Below the pieces are notes generated by a model that was not told the DNA's origin, did no database searches, and was given only the letters and a program-made list of their open reading frames with translations. Positions 60,967 to 64,000 of a stretch of 64,000 nucleotides of DNA are shown here, one piece after another (the first letter of the stretch is position 1; every line of letters begins with the position of its first letter). The stretch comes from Acidimicrobiia bacterium (GTDB lineage: Bacteria; Actinomycetota; Acidimicrobiia; Acidimicrobiales; Aldehydirespiratoraceae). The stretch lies in assembly GCA_022819505.1 (NCBI GenBank), contig JAJEHD010000001.1:9366-73365 (forward strand), in the 5' to 3' direction. The position numbers and the translations under genes were made by a program.

Positions 60967-62408
60967 GGTGCCGCCCCCGGCTGCCCGGCCCCCGACTTGG
61001 CGAGGGAGGCGGGTATTCCGAAGCGTCCCGGATGGGCGTACAGGCCCGAGCCCCGCGACAGAAGGCCGATCAGCGGCCCCATGAAGAAGTACGTCGCGAT
61101 CAGGTCGAGGATGGTGGCCAGCCCCAGGTAGAGGGCGAAGCCCCTCACCGGGCCGGAGGTCAACCAGTACAGGACCCCGGCCGCGATCAGCGAGGCGAAG
61201 TCGGCCTTGACGATGGTCGAGTACGCCACCGGGAAGGCACGGTCTACCGCCGAGCGCAACGTCCGGCCCGAGCGCACGTCCTCCTTGAGGTGCTCGAAGT
61301 AGACGACATTGGAGTCGACCGACACGCCGATGGCCACGATGAGGCCGGTCACTCCGGCCAGGGTCAGCGCCAGCCCCTGCGACTCTCCGAGCCAGGCGAT
61401 GATCGTCCACAGCATGGCCCCCGACAACGCCAGGCTGGCGATGGCCACCAGGCCGAGCAGGCGGTAGTACACGATCAGGTAGGCCGATACCAGCGCGAGC
61501 CCGATGAGTCCTGCGACCACACCGGCGGCGAGGGCGTCGGTGCCCAGCGACGCCGACACGATCTGGCTCTGCTGGGCCTCCAGCTCCACGGGGAGGGCGC
61601 CGTAGTCCAGCACCAGGGCGAGATCTCTGGCCTCGTCCTCGGTGAACCGACCCGAGATCGTGATCTCGGAACGCTCGAACGGGGAGAACACGACGCTGTC
61701 GGCTTGGACCGCCGGCGCGCTCACCACCTCGTTGTCGAGTTCGATGGCCACTTGCCCGGTGGGACACGACAGGTCACGGCCGTGGCATCGGCGGCTCACC
61801 GCGTTGAACAGGTCGATGCCCTCGGATCCCGGCTTGAAGGTGGGCGCGACGTGCCAGCCGATGAAGGAGTGGAACTGGGCGACGGCACCCTCGAGGCTGT
61901 CGCCGGCGACCGCGCTGGGTCCAAGCCGGTAGCGGGCCACGATGTTCCGGTTTTCGTCGTAGTTGGGGAGTATCACCTCGGCGCCGGCGGGGGCCTCGCC
62001 CTCGGTGAGGGCGTACAGGCCGGCGAGGGGGTCGTCGGCGGCCGCCGCGGCGTAGTCCTCCTCGCCGAGCACGCTGAGCACGGGACGGAACCGCAGCTCC
62101 GCGGTCTGGCCCACCAGGTCGAGCGCCCGCTGCTGCTCGTCGACGCCGGGAAGCTGGACGAGGATGTTGCCTCCCTGGGTGGATATTTCGGGCTCGGCGA
62201 CGCCGAGACCGTCGACGCGGTTGCGGATGATCTCCACCGCCACTTCCAACTCCTCGGGCTCCGGGGCCCGGGTCGGCTCCAGCACCACGCTGGCGCCGCC
62301 CTGCAGGTCGAGGCCGAGAAGGGGCTCGTTGCCGGAGGCCAGCGTGTAGACCACGCCGCCGACGGCAACCCCGATGATGGCGATCACGTAGACGAGCTTG
62401 CGGCGCAC
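60963..62408 (-). CDS. secD: protein translocase subunit SecD
   Basis: LGLDLQGG, RVDGLGVAEP, GALPV and GVSVDSNVVYFE motifs. Confidence 0.97.
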   Translation of the reverse strand: MRRKLVYVIAIIGVAVGGVVYTLASGNEPLLGLDLQGGASVVLEPTRAPEPEELEVAVEIIRNRVDGLGVAEPEISTQGGNILVQLPGVDEQQRALDLVGQTAELRFRPVLSVLGEEDYAAAAADDPLAGLYALTEGEAPAGAEVILPNYDENRNIVARYRLGPSAVAGDSLEGAVAQFHSFIGWHVAPTFKPGSEGIDLFNAVSRRCHGRDLSCPTGQVAIELDNEVVSAPAVQADSVVFSPFERSEITISGRFTEDEARDLALVLDYGALPVELEAQQSQIVSASLGTDALAAGVVAGLIGLALVSAYLIVYYRLLGLVAIASLALSGAMLWTIIAWLGESQGLALTLAGVTGLIVAIGVSVDSNVVYFEHLKEDVRSGRTLRSAVDRAFPVAYSTIVKADFASLIAAGVLYWLTSGPVRGFALYLGLATILDLIATYFFMGPLIGLLSRGSGLYAHPGRFGIPASLAKSGAGQPGAAP

Positions 62409-62449
62409 GGCGCCTCCCGCGGTCTCGCCGGTCGTTCGGTGGAAACGCC

Positions 62450-62770
62450 CTAGGACTCGTCGTCCGCCGGGTCGTCGCCGGCTTCGTCGTCGGCTTCAGC
62501 GACGTCGTCGGCAGGTTCGGCCACCTTGCCGGCCACCGAGTCCCGGGAGAGCTTCAACTCGACGTCGGGGGCCACCTCGAGCCATACCACGGCCTCCTCG
62601 ACCTCGACCACCACGCCGTGGATGCCGGCGTTGGTCACCACCTCGTCGCCGACTTGCAGGGAGCGCACCAACTCCCGGCGAGCCTTCTCCCGCTTCTGCT
62701 GGGGACGCAGCAGCAGGTAGTAGAACGCGCCGATGACGAGAATGAGGAAGAAGAAGGAACCGATATCCAT
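62450..62770 (-). CDS. yajC: preprotein translocase subunit YajC
   Basis: FYYLLLRPQQKR and GDEVVTNAGIHG motifs. Confidence 0.96.
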   Translation of the reverse strand: MDIGSFFFLILVIGAFYYLLLRPQQKREKARRELVRSLQVGDEVVTNAGIHGVVVEVEEAVVWLEVAPDVELKLSRDSVAGKVAEPADDVAEADDEAGDDPADDES

Positions 62771-62779
62771 TCCCCGAGC

Positions 62780-63892
62780 CTATTCCCACACGCGGCTGAC
62801 GCCTGCGCGCAACTCGTCGAATGTCCCGGCCCGCACCGCGGCCCGCACCCGATCCATGAGGCGCAGCAGCCATGCCAGGTTGTGGAGGGTGACGAGCCGG
62901 GCCGCGGTGGGCTCGTGGGTCGCCAGCAGATGCCGGAGGTAGCCCCGTGACCAGCGGCCGGCCGGGCTGTCGGGAAAGGAGGGGTCGAGGGACTCGTCGC
63001 TGCCGGCATGGCGGGCGGCCGAGAGGTTGTACCGGCCGGCGTCGCTGAGAACCGTGCCGTGACGGCCCAGACGGGTGGGCAGGACGCAGTCGAACATGTC
63101 GATGCCGCGGGCGACGGCCTCCACGATGCCCACCGGGTCGCCCAGGCCCATGAAGTACCGGGGGCTGTCGGCGGGAAGAACGGCAGTGCAGGCCTCCAGG
63201 GCGGCCAGCATCGCCGGTCGCTCCTCGCCGACCGACAGCCCTCCCACCGCATACCCGTCGAAGCCGATCTCCACGGTCCGTTCGGCAGACTCGCGCCGCA
63301 GGTCGGCCTCGGCGCCGCCCTGGACGATGCCGAACTGGCACTGGCGCTGCGCCGCGTCCGGGTGGGCTGCGAACGCGTCACGGCCCCGCCGGGCCCATGC
63401 CGCGGTGCGTTGGACCGCCTCCTCCAGGACCGGGCGCTCCGCCACCGCGGAAGGGCACACGTCGAGCACCATGGTGATGTCGGCGCCGATGAGCGCCTGC
63501 TCGGTCACCGCCTCCTCGGGCGTGAGCCGGCAGGGCGAGCCGTCGTAGACCGACGCGAAGCTGGCGCCCTCGTCGTCCACGGCGGGATCCAGCGAGTAGA
63601 TCTGGTACCCACCCGAGTCGGTGAGCACATGACCCGACCAGTTGGCGAAGCCGTGGATGCCGCCCAGGCGGGCCACGGTCTCGGACCCGGGTCGCAGCAT
63701 CAGGTGGTAGGTGTTGGCCAGCACCACCTCCACGCCCAGAGACTCCAGGTCCGACGAGTCGAGGTGCTTCACCGCGCCCCTGGTGCCCACCGGCATGAAG
63801 CACGGCGTGGCGAAACTGCCCCGTGCGGTGGTGACCGTCCCGGTGCGAGCCTCGCCGTCCGACGCCTCGAGTTCGAAGACAGCGGCCGCCAC
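62780..63892 (-). CDS. tgt: tRNA-guanine transglycosylase
   Basis: FMPVGTRG, NTYHL, TDSGGYQ, GIVQGG, GGLSVGE and DMFDCVLPTR motifs. Confidence 0.97.
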   Translation of the reverse strand: MAAAVFELEASDGEARTGTVTTARGSFATPCFMPVGTRGAVKHLDSSDLESLGVEVVLANTYHLMLRPGSETVARLGGIHGFANWSGHVLTDSGGYQIYSLDPAVDDEGASFASVYDGSPCRLTPEEAVTEQALIGADITMVLDVCPSAVAERPVLEEAVQRTAAWARRGRDAFAAHPDAAQRQCQFGIVQGGAEADLRRESAERTVEIGFDGYAVGGLSVGEERPAMLAALEACTAVLPADSPRYFMGLGDPVGIVEAVARGIDMFDCVLPTRLGRHGTVLSDAGRYNLSAARHAGSDESLDPSFPDSPAGRWSRGYLRHLLATHEPTAARLVTLHNLAWLLRLMDRVRAAVRAGTFDELRAGVSRVWE

Positions 63893-63906
63893 TACGGCCC
63901 CCAGAC

Positions 63907-63955
63907 GAAATTGGCGACCAAATGGGCGTCAGGTACCCAATTCGTGCACATATTC
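63907..63955 (+). repeat. degenerate palindromic element upstream of tgt (probable family member)
   Basis: 49 bp reading GAAATTGGCG...CACATATTC with an inner ATGGG/CCCAAT stem; AT-rich. Confidence 0.5.
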
Positions 63956-64000
63956 CGGCCTAGCCCCACACCGCGGCCGCACAAGCCCATCACGACGCTC

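Noticed and set aside
63893-64000. queA C-terminus upstream of tgt
   Set aside because: No QueA-like terminal motif is visible in the available 108 bp.

Overview
High-GC actinobacterial chromosomal segment. Gene content, mIHF, DUF1844 and protein style suggest Acidimicrobiia; this is inference. It consists mostly of minus-strand housekeeping genes, which read right to left: tgt-yajC-secD-secF-relA, hisS-aspS, rarA, alaS-ruvX-mltG-aroE-A24 peptidase, aroB-pepQ-efp-nusB, pyrR-pyrB-pyrC-carA-carB-pyrD-pyrF, mIHF-gmk-rpoZ-coaBC-metK-priA, def-fmt-rsmB, moaB-ribD-hisG, infC-rpmI-rplT-trmH, pheS-pheT and argC-J-B-D-F-R-G-H. Accessory insertions: (1) a ~3.7-kb putative defence island between hisS and relA, containing an uncharacterised Nmad-like gene, an internally deleted HsdR-N/SeqA-C-like gene, a beta-class SPPY methyltransferase and a PD-(D/E)XK nuclease with an embedded HTH-like segment; (2) a vapBC pair; (3) a small protein-HAD-SnoaL operon; (4) a coiled-coil repeat protein behind a near-consensus promoter and a structured leader. 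Other highlights are a dispersed family of ~47-52-bp imperfect palindromes at gene 3' ends, ARG boxes, a PyrR-binding RNA element, many TANNNT-N6-8-start leaderless promoters, proteobacterial-looking argJ and argG, and a Tgt lacking its Zn-binding cysteines. I saw no tRNA, rRNA, CRISPR array, integrase or transposase. All family assignments come from recognising motifs by eye, not from database searches.
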